DNA from: Angelakisella sp.
Lineage (GTDB): Bacteria; Bacillota; Clostridia; Oscillospirales; Ruminococcaceae
NCBI GenBank assembly: GCA_022795575.1
Contig: JAAWGY010000001.1
Span: 1-42,449 of the forward strand
Length of the DNA stretch: 42,449 nucleotides
Direction of reading: 5' to 3'
Within the stretch, counting starts at the first letter, position 1, and each line of letters begins with the position of its first letter. The notes below the pieces were generated by a model that was given only the letters and a program-made list of their open reading frames with translations, had not been told where the DNA came from and did not search any database. Made by a program: the position numbers and the translations under genes. This document shows, piece after piece, positions 16,776-28,102 of this stretch.

Positions 16776-18212
16776 TTATCCCAGCGCCTTCTCCAGCAGC
16801 TCCCGGATCATGGCGGGGTTGCCCTGGCCCTTGGACTGGCGCATACACTGCCCCACCAAAAAGCCCAGGGCGTTGGTCTTGCCCCCCCGGTAGTCGTTTA
16901 CCACCTTTTCATTGGCGGCAAGCACCGCCTGGACGACGGCCTCCAGGGCGCCGGTGTCGCTGATCTGGGCAAGGCCCTTCTCCTTCACCACCTCGCCGGG
17001 GGTCTTGTCGCTCCAGATGATCTCCTCCAGCACCGTCTTGCCCGCCGTGTTGGAGATGGTCTTCTCCTCGATCAGGGCGATCATGTCGCAAAGCTTCTCC
17101 GGGGTAAGGCTGGTATCGGCAATGGTCTTGTTTTTTTCGTTGAGGATGCGGGAAACATCCCCCAGCAGCCAGTTGGACACCGCCTTGGGCTGGCACCGGC
17201 CCAGGGCGACGCACCGCTCAAAGTAATCCGCCTTGTCCAGATTCTCGCAGAGGAGGTTGGCGTCAAAGAAGGGCAGGCCGGTCTCCTTCATGTACCGCAG
17301 CAGCTTTGCGCCGGGCAGCTCCGGGATGGTGCCCCGCAGCTCCTCCAGCAGCTCCTCCGGCACCACGATGGCCCCCAGGTCCGGCTCCGGGAAGTAGCGG
17401 TAGTCCTGGGCGTCCTCCTTGGAGCGCAGCAGGTAGTTTTTCCCCGCCAGGTCGTCCCAGCGGCGGGTCTCCTGGCTGATGGTGCCGCCGGCCTCCAGCA
17501 CCTCGATCTGGCGGCGGGCCTCGTACTCGATGGCCCGCTCCACCGCGGAAAAGCCGTTGACGTTCTTCATCTCGCACCGGGTGCCAAACTCGGTGGCGCC
17601 CTCCGGCATCACCGAGACGTTGACGTCGCAGCGGATGGAGCCCTCCTGCATCTTACAGTCGGAGATATCCAGGTACTGGAGGATGGCCCGGATGGAATCC
17701 AGGTAGGCCTTGGCCTCGTGGGCGGAGCGCATATCCGGCTCGGAGACGATCTCGATGAGGGGGACGCCGCAGCGGTTCAGGTCCACCAGGCTGCCGGAAA
17801 AGCTCTCCGAGTGGATGAGCTTGCCGGCGTCCTCCTCGATGTGGATGCGGGTAATGCCGATGCGCTTGGTGTTCCCCTCCTCGTCCACCACGGCGTCGAT
17901 GTAGCCGTGCTCGCAAAGGGGGATGTCAAACTGGGAGATCTGGTAGGCCTTGGGCAGGTCGGGGTAGAAATAGTTCTTCCGGTCCGCCTTGCAGACGGGG
18001 TTGATGGTGCAGCCTGTGGCGTAGCCCATCCGGATGGCGTACTCCACCACCTTTTCGTTGAGGGTGGGCAGGCTCCCCGGCATCCCGGTACAGTTGGGGC
18101 AGCAGTTGGAGTTGACCTCCGAGCCAAAGGAGTTTTTGCAGCTGCAATAGATCTTGGTTTTGGTGGAAAGCTCGGCGTGGACCTCCAGGCCGATGACGGT
18201 GATGTATTTCAT
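16776..18212 (-). CDS. gatB: Asp-tRNA(Asn)/Glu-tRNA(Gln) amidotransferase subunit B
   Basis: VIGLEVHAEL, RKNYFYPDLPKAYQISQ, HIEEDAGK, DYRYFPEPDL. Confidence 0.98.
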   Translation of the reverse strand: MKYITVIGLEVHAELSTKTKIYCSCKNSFGSEVNSNCCPNCTGMPGSLPTLNEKVVEYAIRMGYATGCTINPVCKADRKNYFYPDLPKAYQISQFDIPLCEHGYIDAVVDEEGNTKRIGITRIHIEEDAGKLIHSESFSGSLVDLNRCGVPLIEIVSEPDMRSAHEAKAYLDSIRAILQYLDISDCKMQEGSIRCDVNVSVMPEGATEFGTRCEMKNVNGFSAVERAIEYEARRQIEVLEAGGTISQETRRWDDLAGKNYLLRSKEDAQDYRYFPEPDLGAIVVPEELLEELRGTIPELPGAKLLRYMKETGLPFFDANLLCENLDKADYFERCVALGRCQPKAVSNWLLGDVSRILNEKNKTIADTSLTPEKLCDMIALIEEKTISNTAGKTVLEEIIWSDKTPGEVVKEKGLAQISDTGALEAVVQAVLAANEKVVNDYRGGKTNALGFLVGQCMRQSKGQGNPAMIRELLEKALG

Positions 18213-18215
18213 CCC

Positions 18216-19688
18216 TTACCCCTCCCCTTCCGTAATATCGGCGACGCCGCAGAGGCTGCCGCCCCGGAGCTGCTGGAACGCGTAGGCGGTGTCAAACAGC
18301 CGCTCCTCCGAAAAGCGGGGCCCGATGAGCTGCAGCCCCACCGGCAGGCCCTGCTGCATTCCGCAGGGCACCGAGAGGCCGGGGAGGCCGGCGATATTTA
18401 CCGCGATGGTGCAGATATCGGCGGCGTACATCTTCAGGGGGTCCCCGATGTTCTCCCCCAGCCGGAAGGCGGTGGTGGGCGAGGTGGGGGTGGCGATGAC
18501 GTCGCAGTCCTGGAAAGCGGCGGCAAACTCGGCCCGCAGCGCCTTCTGGAACAGCTTTGCCTTGTTGTAGTAGGCGTCGTAGTAGCCGGAGCTTAGGACA
18601 AAGGTCCCCAGCATGATGCGGCGCTTCACCTCGTCCCCAAAGCCCTGGCTCCGGGTTTTCTCGTACATATCCACCAGGCCGTCGTACTCCTCCGCCCGGT
18701 AGCCGTATTTTACCCCGTCAAACCGGGCCAGGTTGGAGGAGGCCTCGGCGGAGGAGATGATGTAGTAGGCGGAAAGGGCGTAGTCGGTGCCGGGGAGGCT
18801 CAGCTCCCGGAGCACCGCCCCGGCCCTCTCCAGCTCCCGGAGGGCGGCATGGACCGCCTCCCCAACCCCGGCGTCCACCCCGGGGCCGAAGTACTCCTTG
18901 GGGATGCCGATCCGCAGCCCCTTGACGTCGCCCTTCAGGGCGGCAAAATCGGGGTAATCCCGCCGGGCGGTGGTGGCGTCCATGGGGTCCCGGCCGCAGA
19001 TGGCGCCGTAGAGGGCCGCTACGTCCTCCACGCACCGGCCAAAGGGGCCGATCTGGTCCAGGGAGGAGGCGAAGGCCACCAGCCCGTACCGGGACACCGA
19101 GCCATAGGTGGGCTTAAGGCCGATGACTCCGCAGAGGGCGGCGGGCTGGCGGATGGAGCCGCCGGTGTCGCTCCCCAGGGAGAGCACCGCCTCCCCTGCC
19201 GCCACCGCCGCGGCGGAGCCCCCGGAGGAGCCCCCGGGCACCCGGGTAAGGTCGTGGGGGTTGGCGGTTTTCTTAAAGTAGGAGGTCTCGCAGGAGGAGC
19301 CCATGGCAAACTCATCCATGTTGGCCTTGCCGGTCATCACATAGTCCGCGCCCAAAAGCTTTTCCACCACGGTGGCGTTATAGGGGGGGCGGAAGTTATA
19401 CAGCATCCGGGAAGAACAGGTGGTGAGCACGTCCTTGGTGCAGATGTTGTCCTTTACCGCAACGGGGATGCCCGCCAGGGGGCCGATGGCCTCCCCGGCG
19501 GCGATCTTCTGGTCCACGGCCCGGGCGGCGGTGATGGCCCCCTCCCGATCCAGGGTGACATAGGCCCCCACCCGCTCCTCGCAGGCGTCAATGCGCCCAA
19601 AGACCGATTCCGCAATCTCCGCGGCGCTGCACTCCCTTTGACAGAGCATCCGGTGCAGCTCCCTGGCGGTCAGCTGATACAGGCTCAT
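18216..19688 (-). CDS. gatA: Asp-tRNA(Asn)/Glu-tRNA(Gln) amidotransferase subunit A
   Basis: Amidase signature PGGSSGGSAAAVA, GSDTGGSIRQPA, GKANMDEFAMGSS, EVKRRIMLG. Confidence 0.98.
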   Translation of the reverse strand: MSLYQLTARELHRMLCQRECSAAEIAESVFGRIDACEERVGAYVTLDREGAITAARAVDQKIAAGEAIGPLAGIPVAVKDNICTKDVLTTCSSRMLYNFRPPYNATVVEKLLGADYVMTGKANMDEFAMGSSCETSYFKKTANPHDLTRVPGGSSGGSAAAVAAGEAVLSLGSDTGGSIRQPAALCGVIGLKPTYGSVSRYGLVAFASSLDQIGPFGRCVEDVAALYGAICGRDPMDATTARRDYPDFAALKGDVKGLRIGIPKEYFGPGVDAGVGEAVHAALRELERAGAVLRELSLPGTDYALSAYYIISSAEASSNLARFDGVKYGYRAEEYDGLVDMYEKTRSQGFGDEVKRRIMLGTFVLSSGYYDAYYNKAKLFQKALRAEFAAAFQDCDVIATPTSPTTAFRLGENIGDPLKMYAADICTIAVNIAGLPGLSVPCGMQQGLPVGLQLIGPRFSEERLFDTAYAFQQLRGGSLCGVADITEGEG

Positions 19689-20239
19689 GGCTCGTCCTCC
19701 TCCAAATCTTCTTCGTCGTCATAGTCGCTTTCATCCACCAGCCCCCGGACAAAGGCCTCAAAGGTATCCGCCAAGGGGGTGATTTCGTAGTCGGCCTCCT
19801 GGTCGATGTGCACCACCTTGGGCTCCCCCTGGGGGCCGCATTCCCGGTAGTCCAGAAAGACCATGTCGTGCCCGGCCGAGGGGCAGTCGCAGATGGCGAC
19901 GCCGATATCCGGGTAGCCCCACTCCTCAATCATAAACCGGGAGCCCAGGGTGCCGCAGAGGGAGTACATCTTGTCCCGGCCGATGCTGAGAAAGCCCTCG
20001 ATGGCGATATGGTCCTCCGCCCAGCTGGTGGGAACAGCGGTGGGGAACGCCGTCCTTTTGGAAAAGCCGCCGTTCTGCACCCGCATCAGGGCCAGATAGC
20101 TTTCCGGGAGCTTGTACCCCAGCTCCTCCTCCACCGAGCGGATCATCTCGTCGGTGGGGGGTGTCAGCACAAATTTCTTTCGGACGTAGTCGCTGGGCTG
20201 TTTCCAAAAGCCGTCAAGATCAAAGCCCTCCAATGCCAC
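19685..20239 (-). CDS. SMI1/KNR4 (SUKH) family protein
   Basis: PTDEMIRSVEEELGYKLPESYLALMRVQNGG and AGHDMVFLDYRECGPQGEPKVVHIDQE...LADTFEAFVRGL are SUKH-type patterns; GTG start after AAGGAGG. Confidence 0.92.
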   Translation of the reverse strand: MALEGFDLDGFWKQPSDYVRKKFVLTPPTDEMIRSVEEELGYKLPESYLALMRVQNGGFSKRTAFPTAVPTSWAEDHIAIEGFLSIGRDKMYSLCGTLGSRFMIEEWGYPDIGVAICDCPSAGHDMVFLDYRECGPQGEPKVVHIDQEADYEITPLADTFEAFVRGLVDESDYDDEEDLEEDEP

Positions 20240-20251
20240 AGCAATCCCTCC

Positions 20252-22527
<2,276 letters not shown>

Positions 22528-22549
22528 TCACCTCGTTTTTAACGAAGCT

Positions 22550-22578
22550 ATTTTACCACAATCTGTTTGATATTACAA
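22550..22578 (-). promoter_or_regulatory. Sigma-A-type promoter for ligA-gatCAB
   Basis: TTGTAA-17 nt-TAAAAT with TG extension. Confidence 0.7.
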
Positions 22579-22619
22579 TTCCCGGAAGAGGAAATTTCAC
22601 CCCTCTCCCGGGAATTTTT
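22577..22619. terminator. Hairpin downstream of yunB
   Basis: AATTCCCGGAAGAGG...CCTCTCCCGGGAATT inverted repeat between the yunB stop and the ligA -35 box. Confidence 0.55.
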
Positions 22620-22628
22620 GCCGCCGGG

Positions 22629-23321
22629 TCACTCCTCCCCCGCCCCGTAGTCCTGGATCATCCCCACCAGGGGGTCGGTGCCGTCCGCCACCATGGTGTA
22701 GGCCCCCGGCACCAGCCCGACGATTACCGTTTCCGCCAGACAGATATCGGTATCCACCTGGCTGAGGATGGCGTACCCCGGCAGCACCGCCTGGATGTCC
22801 AGCCGGACATGAAGAAGGATCTGGTGGCGGGTCTGGTTGATGCCCGCCTGGTCAAAGGCGTTTTTCACCTGTGTCTGGACAAAGCCGGCGGGGATCAGGC
22901 GGATCTCCACCTCCGGGCCCCGGCCGGAAAGAAGGGGGTTGCCGGTGAGGGTGCCCGCCGGGAGGGTGAGGCGCTGGCTGGTAAACTCCAGGATGCTTTC
23001 GATCACCGAGGCGGTGACGGCGGACTGGAGCCGGGACATGGCCAGCATATCGGTTTGCAGGGAGGTGACGGTGCCCTGGTCGCTGTAGGTGAGGCGGACA
23101 AAGTCCCCGTAGGCAGCGCCCTCCTTTTCCAGGTGGCGGTAAACCGCCTCCTGGATGGCCTGGGTGGCGTAAAGGCTGGCCTGGCTTTCCGCCACCGCCG
23201 TCACCGCCGGGCGGAGCTGGGCGTCCCCCCACAGGGCGCAGCCCACCAGCACCGCCGCAAGCAGCAGGCACCGCCGCCGGAACCGCCGCCTTTTGCTCCT
23301 ATGCCGCCGCCGGATCTCCAT
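22629..23321 (-). CDS. yunB: Sporulation protein YunB
   Basis: Basic N-terminus plus TM, LPAGTLTG...GRGP, FDQAGINQTRHQI, AETVIVGLVP. Real start ATG 23321; the 473 aa ORF call is over-extended. Confidence 0.94.
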   Translation of the reverse strand: MEIRRRHRSKRRRFRRRCLLLAAVLVGCALWGDAQLRPAVTAVAESQASLYATQAIQEAVYRHLEKEGAAYGDFVRLTYSDQGTVTSLQTDMLAMSRLQSAVTASVIESILEFTSQRLTLPAGTLTGNPLLSGRGPEVEIRLIPAGFVQTQVKNAFDQAGINQTRHQILLHVRLDIQAVLPGYAILSQVDTDICLAETVIVGLVPGAYTMVADGTDPLVGMIQDYGAGEE

Positions 23322-23438
23322 CCTCCCACCCCCGTTTCCTTCTACAGTATATTCCGGGACAGGGCGGAGGTTGAATCCCTCACCCAAAGCCGCCGGCCTG
23401 CATAGGATGGCGCAAAAAACGGAAAGAGAGGTACCGTC

Positions 23439-23954
23439 ATGGAGAAACGTTGTCAGTGCGAGCTCCCCTACCCCCCGGTAGAAGTAACCTGCCCCGATCC
23501 CCGGTGGCTGCCACCGCTGCGGGACCTTTACGCCGGACAGCACAGCGAGCTTAGCGCCATTGCCCAGTACTGCTTCCAGAGCTTTGTACTGAGCCGGGAC
23601 CACGGGGAGCTGGCAAAGCTGCTGCGGAGCATTGCCATTGTGGAGATGCACCACCTGGAGATGCTGGGCAGGCTCATCTGCCTTTGCGGCGGGGTGCCGG
23701 ACTTTGCCGGGGGCTCCCCCCGCCGGTGGTGGAACGGCTCCTGCCTGAACTACCGCCAGGACCTCTGCGGGGCGCTGGCGGCAAGCATGGCCGACGAGAC
23801 GGCGGCGGTGGACGCCTACCGGCGGGCCGCCTGCCTCATCGGGGATCCCAAGATCCAGGAGCTGCTGCGGCGCATCGCCATGGACGAGGAGCTCCACGTC
23901 CGGCTGCTGCGGGAGGCCCTGGCCCAGTGCGGCTGTCCCCGGCAGCAGGGCTGA
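23439..23954 (+). CDS. Ferritin-like / manganese catalase (CotJC-like) family protein
   Basis: Di-metal four-helix motifs SELSAIAQY, IAIVEMHHLE, E..A...Y, IAMDEELH; RBS GAGAGG. Only + strand gene recognised. Confidence 0.85.
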   Translation: MEKRCQCELPYPPVEVTCPDPRWLPPLRDLYAGQHSELSAIAQYCFQSFVLSRDHGELAKLLRSIAIVEMHHLEMLGRLICLCGGVPDFAGGSPRRWWNGSCLNYRQDLCGALAASMADETAAVDAYRRAACLIGDPKIQELLRRIAMDEELHVRLLREALAQCGCPRQQG

Positions 23955-23959
23955 AAGCT

Positions 23960-24009
23960 GCCCCGCCGGCGCAAGAAAGCAGCGCCGGCGGGGCGGTTTT
24001 GTGTTTTTC
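23960..24009 (+). terminator. Intrinsic terminator after the ferritin-like gene
   Basis: 13-bp stem GCCCCGCCGGCGC/GCGCCGGCGGGGC followed by GGTTTTGTGTTTTT. Confidence 0.75.
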
Positions 24010-24081
24010 TGGCGCCATAGCAGGCGGCCTGGCAGACCGCTTTTCCCCAAGCCGCCCGGGATGGTGGCCCGGTACGGCTTC

Positions 24082-25230
24082 TCAGTCCCCGGCCTTCCCC
24101 CTGCGCCGGGGAAAGTACAGGTAAAGCTGGCACTTCATCATGCCGTTGTAGAGCTTGCGGCGCTTATCCGCCGGACGGCCGAACAGCTCCTCGAAGCCCT
24201 CCACCGAGCTGATGACGGCGTACCCCACCTGCTCCGCCGGGGGGAAGACGCGGCCCATCACCCGGCAGAGCTCCTCCGCCTCGGACTGGCCCAGCAGCCG
24301 CTCCCCGTAGGGCGGGTTGCAGACCACCACCGATTTCTCCTCCGGGAGGGTAAAGTCCCGGATGTCCGCCAGCCTCGTTTCCACCATGGGGGCCACCCCC
24401 GCCTTTTTGGCGTTGCCCGCCGAGATCTCCAGCGCCTCCGGGCTGATGTCGCTGCCCACGGCCCGGAAGGTGGCGTCCTTGCGCACCGCCGAAAGGGCCT
24501 CCTCCCTCTTTTCCCGCCAGACCTGGCCGGGGATCCACCCCCAATGCTCCGCCGCAAACCGCCGGTAGAGCCCCGGGGCGATGTTCTTTGCCTTGTAGGC
24601 CCCCTCGATCAAGAAGGTGCCGCTGCCGCAGAAGGGGTCGTAGAGCCGGGTGTCCGGGTAGATGCGGACAAGGTCCAGAATGCCCGCCGCCAGCGTCTCC
24701 CGGATAGGGGCCTGGTTCTGCACCCGGCGGTAGCCCCGTTTGTGGAGCCCCGGGCCGGTGGTATCCAGCATGATGGTTACAATATCCCGGTGGATGGAAA
24801 ACTGGAGCTGGTACAGGGCGCCGGTTTCCTCAAACCACTGGATGCCGTATTGGGCGCCCAGCCGCTTTACCGCCGCCTTTTTGATGATGGCCTGGCAGTC
24901 CGGGACGCTGTGGAGCTGGGAATTCAGCGACCAGCCCTTGACCGGGAAGCGGTCCCTTTTGCCGATGAACCGCTCCAGGGGCAGCGCCGCCACCCCGTCA
25001 AAAAGCTGGGTAAAGGTGACTGCCCGGAAGCTCCCCAGCACCAGCAGCACCCGCTCGGCGGTGCGCAGCCAGAGGTTGGCCCGGGCCAGGTCCTCCGCCG
25101 TGCCGGTAAAATCCACCCGGCCGTCGGCGGCCGCCACCTCGTCCATCCCCAGCCGCTTCAGCTCCCCGCTAAGGACGCTCTCCAGCCCAAAGCCACAGGG
25201 GCAGGCAAACCGAAATTGTTCCATATCCAT
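24082..25230 (-). CDS. THUMP-domain class I SAM-dependent RNA methyltransferase (RlmL/YpsC-like)
   Basis: FGLESVL, NLWLRTAERV, LHKRGYR, APIRETLAA, DPFCGSGT, NPPYGERL, RRKLYNG. Confidence 0.95.
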   Translation of the reverse strand: MDMEQFRFACPCGFGLESVLSGELKRLGMDEVAAADGRVDFTGTAEDLARANLWLRTAERVLLVLGSFRAVTFTQLFDGVAALPLERFIGKRDRFPVKGWSLNSQLHSVPDCQAIIKKAAVKRLGAQYGIQWFEETGALYQLQFSIHRDIVTIMLDTTGPGLHKRGYRRVQNQAPIRETLAAGILDLVRIYPDTRLYDPFCGSGTFLIEGAYKAKNIAPGLYRRFAAEHWGWIPGQVWREKREEALSAVRKDATFRAVGSDISPEALEISAGNAKKAGVAPMVETRLADIRDFTLPEEKSVVVCNPPYGERLLGQSEAEELCRVMGRVFPPAEQVGYAVISSVEGFEELFGRPADKRRKLYNGMMKCQLYLYFPRRRGKAGD

Positions 25231-25320
25231 CCTCCAAAAACGGTGGGAAGCCGGTTGCAGCTCCCCACCGCCTATTTGTCACCTTGCCACAGCCTGTCCC
25301 TTTGGCGCCAGACAGGCGTG

Positions 25321-25857
25321 TTAATCCTGGACAGGCTCCAGCAGGCCATAGTTGCCGTCCTTGCGGCGGTACACCACGTTAACTTCCCCGGTATCGCCGT
25401 TGCGGAACATAAAGAACTCGTGGTTCAGCAGGTTCATCTGGAGGATGGCCTCCTCCACGTCCATCACCGACACCGGGAACTTTTTGGTCTTAACCAGGGT
25501 GTCCGGGCCCTCCTCAGGGCTCACCTCCGGGATCTCCAGCTCGGCGGCGACGGGGACAGGGGCCTTCAGGCGGCGCTCCAGCCGGTTTTTGTTCCGGACA
25601 ATCTGGGTGGAGAGGACATCCGCCACCAGATCCAGGGAGATCTGGCGGTCCCGGCTGGTCTTCTCCCCCCGGAAGAACATCCCCTTGGACTTGATTGTGA
25701 CCTCGACCGTCTCCTCGTCCCCCTCGTTGGTAACAACGATGGTGACGTTGGGGTCGTCATCGAAGAACTTCTCCAGGCGCTTCAGGCGCTTTTGGGCATA
25801 TTCCTTAAAGGAATCCCGGATGGTGGTTTTCCGTCCCAGGTAGCTGATGTTCATCAT
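25321..25857 (-). CDS. hpf: Ribosome hibernation promoting factor (long HPF)
   Basis: YAQKRLKRLEKFF, VEVTI, MDVEEAILQMNLLNHEFFMF, VVYRRKDGNYGLLEP. Confidence 0.96.
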   Translation of the reverse strand: MMNISYLGRKTTIRDSFKEYAQKRLKRLEKFFDDDPNVTIVVTNEGDEETVEVTIKSKGMFFRGEKTSRDRQISLDLVADVLSTQIVRNKNRLERRLKAPVPVAAELEIPEVSPEEGPDTLVKTKKFPVSVMDVEEAILQMNLLNHEFFMFRNGDTGEVNVVYRRKDGNYGLLEPVQD

Positions 25858-25916
25858 AAGGCCACACTCCTTGTCCGTTTTTTAAGCTTCGGCTATTTGC
25901 CGAAATCCTTATCCCC

Positions 25917-25945
25917 AGTATATCCCATTTTATGGAAAATTACAA
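25917..25945 (-). promoter_or_regulatory. Sigma-A-type promoter for hpf
   Basis: TTGTAA-17 nt-TATACT with AT-rich upstream sequence. Confidence 0.7.
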
Positions 25946-26003
25946 TATCCTTTTGTAAATTTTCTCGTTTTGGAGCCCACGCAGCATCTCCCTGCGCGCC
26001 GCC

Positions 26004-27155
26004 TTAACGGAGCTGCTTCCCGTCCACAAAAATATGCTCCGGCTTTACCAGCAGGCCGATGGGGTCCTCCCCAAAGATCAGGATATCCCCGTCCAGGCCG
26101 GGGGCGATGCGCCCCACCCGGTCCCCGATGCCGCAGATGCCCGCGGCGCTGCCGGAGATGAGGGGGATGGCCTTCTCCCTTGGCACCCCCGCCTTTACCG
26201 CAATGGCCACCGAGGCGGCCAGCAGGTCGATGGGCACCTCCGGGGCGTCGGTGTTGATGGCCACCTCCACCCCCGCCCTTAGCAGTACGGCTGCGTTTTT
26301 TCGCTCCAGGCTGCGCAGCTCCGGCTTGCCCCGGGTGGAGATCACCGGCCCGCAGATCACCGGTACCCCCGCCCCGGCGATGGTCTCCGGGATCAGGTGC
26401 CCCTCGGTGCCGTGGACAATCACCCCGTCCAGCCCAAACTCCCGGATGATCCGCAGGGCGGTACAGATGTCGTCGGCCCGGTGGGTGTGGAAGTGGGCCT
26501 TTACCTGCCGGGTCAGCACCGGGATCAGGGCCTCGCACTTGGCGTCCAGCTCCGGCGGGTCGGTGTCCTCGTCCTCCTTTGCCCTCTGGCAGTCCTCCCA
26601 GTACCGTTTTGCCTTTTGCAGCTCCCCCCGGATGATAGCGGCGATGGCCATCCGGGTGACTGGGGTTTGGGACTTTTCGCTGTACACCCCCTTGGGGTTC
26701 TCCCCCAGGGCAAATTTCATCCCCACCGGGGCTTTTATCACCATCTCGTCCACCACCCGGCCCCGGGTCTTCATGGCGCAGATCTGCCCCGCCACCGGGT
26801 TGGCGCTCCCCGGGCCGGTGACGATGGTGGTGATGCCGTAGTCCAGCGCCTCCTCAAAGGCCCGGTCCAGGGGGTTCACCCCGTCGATGGCCCGGAGGTG
26901 GGGGGTGCAGGGGTCGGTGGTCTCGTTGCCGTCGTCCCCCTCAAAATCCAGCCCCTCCTCCCACATCCCCACGTGGCAGTGGGCGTCGATAAAGCCGGGG
27001 GTGACGATTTTGCCCCGGGCGTCCAGCACCGGCTCCCCCCTGTCCGGGCAGCTCCCCTGGCCCACCGCCGCAATCCTGCCGCCCTCCAGGCGGATATAAC
27101 CGTCCCGGATGACGGCTCCGTCCCCAATATGGATGGTGCCTCCCTGGATGATCAT
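26004..27155 (-). CDS. Metal-dependent amidohydrolase family protein
   Basis: VTPGFIDAHCH (HxH), KFALGENPK, HTHRADD, HGTEG, NTDAP; ATG at 27155 overlaps the upstream stop. Confidence 0.92.
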   Translation of the reverse strand: MIIQGGTIHIGDGAVIRDGYIRLEGGRIAAVGQGSCPDRGEPVLDARGKIVTPGFIDAHCHVGMWEEGLDFEGDDGNETTDPCTPHLRAIDGVNPLDRAFEEALDYGITTIVTGPGSANPVAGQICAMKTRGRVVDEMVIKAPVGMKFALGENPKGVYSEKSQTPVTRMAIAAIIRGELQKAKRYWEDCQRAKEDEDTDPPELDAKCEALIPVLTRQVKAHFHTHRADDICTALRIIREFGLDGVIVHGTEGHLIPETIAGAGVPVICGPVISTRGKPELRSLERKNAAVLLRAGVEVAINTDAPEVPIDLLAASVAIAVKAGVPREKAIPLISGSAAGICGIGDRVGRIAPGLDGDILIFGEDPIGLLVKPEHIFVDGKQLR

Positions 27156-27550
27156 TGCTCTGTCCCCTTTCCCCATCGGATGTATTTCATCATTAGCTCC
27201 CGGTTGTCTGTCCGTCCCACCTGGCAGCGGATGAGGTATTCCGCCATCACCGCGTCCCGGCCGGAATCGGTTTCCTTATATTGGTCCGGATCCCGGTTTA
27301 CAATGCCGCCCCGGATCCTTCCCTCCGGGGATACTGGTATCTGGTAGATGCAAAAGCCTGTCCAGCTGCGGTAAATATAGAACACCCCGTCCACAAAGCA
27401 GCGGAACCACTTGTCCTCCATCCCCCGGGGGACGTGTCCCTGGCGGAGCAGGGCCAGCTCCGCCGGGGTCAGGTCCATCTGGATGGGGAACGGGGCGTTT
27501 TGGGCGGGCATCTCTTGGGTCTTCCAGTCGCCGCGCTTTGCCTCGGCCAT
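27152..27550 (-). CDS. Hypothetical protein with DWK...MEDKWF...RSWTG motifs
   Basis: ATG at 27550 after GGGAGGTGA; fills the gap exactly and couples to the amidohydrolase via ATGA. Confidence 0.8.
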   Translation of the reverse strand: MAEAKRGDWKTQEMPAQNAPFPIQMDLTPAELALLRQGHVPRGMEDKWFRCFVDGVFYIYRSWTGFCIYQIPVSPEGRIRGGIVNRDPDQYKETDSGRDAVMAEYLIRCQVGRTDNRELMMKYIRWGKGTEQ

Positions 27551-27578
27551 CCTTCTCACCTCCCCTGTGGCGCAACGC

Positions 27579-27602
27579 AAAAAGGGGGCGCCGGCCCCCT
27601 TC
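27579..27602 (-). terminator. Intrinsic terminator after the S1 gene
   Basis: Minus strand AGGGGGC-CGGC-GCCCCCT followed by TTTT. Confidence 0.7.
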
Positions 27603-27622
27603 TGCTATCTGTATATCCCTTG

Positions 27623-28096
27623 TTACTTGGACCGGGAGCGGCGGTTGGCGCTGCCGCGGCGGGTATCGATCACCCTTTTCAGGTCGGACATACGGTCGTC
27701 GCTGGACTTTTTGTAGCGGCTGAGCATATCCTCAAAGGCATCGCCGGTGCTGGGCATCGGGGCCGGGCGGTTCCAGGACCGGGGGGGATAGCTCCGCTGG
27801 GGCCTGCCGCCCTCTCTGCCGGCGGGCTGGCCCTGCCGGGGAGCCCCCTTGTCCATCGTCTCCTTGATGGAAAGGCTGATCTTGCCTCCCTCGTTGATGC
27901 CGATCACCTTTACCGTGACCTCATCCCCTACCTTCAGGTAGTCGCCAATGTCCTTTACATAGGTGTTGGCTACCTCGGAGATGTGGATCATCCCAGAGCC
28001 CCCGCCCTCCAGATCCACAAACGCCCCGTAATTCATCACTTTGACAACCTTGCCGGCCACGACACTTCCTACCGATACCAAATTCGTTCCTCCCAA
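27623..28096 (-). CDS. S1 RNA-binding domain protein (YabR-like)
   Basis: GKVVKVMNYGAFVDL, GMIHISEVA, KISLSIK, FEDMLSRYKKSS; follows divIC. Exact start uncertain. Confidence 0.92.
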   Translation of the reverse strand: MGGTNLVSVGSVVAGKVVKVMNYGAFVDLEGGGSGMIHISEVANTYVKDIGDYLKVGDEVTVKVIGINEGGKISLSIKETMDKGAPRQGQPAGREGGRPQRSYPPRSWNRPAPMPSTGDAFEDMLSRYKKSSDDRMSDLKRVIDTRRGSANRRSRSK

Positions 28097-28102
28097 AACA
28101 CT

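Noticed and set aside
16080-18596. 838 aa + strand ORF, and similar long + strand ORFs (202-1434, 1444-2970, 20674-22542, 24001-26007, 36338-37861, 38480-40501)
   Set aside because: Antisense shadows of well-supported genes; high GC and codon bias suppress stops on the opposite strand, and the translations have no recognisable motifs.
23322-24050. N-terminal 243 aa extension of the yunB ORF
   Set aside because: It is largely the antisense of the ferritin-like gene; YunB similarity begins at ATG 23321.
25858-26003. Possible raiA-motif RNA upstream of hpf
   Set aside because: The gap is short, occupied by a plain promoter about 60 nt from the start, and shows no extensive pairing.
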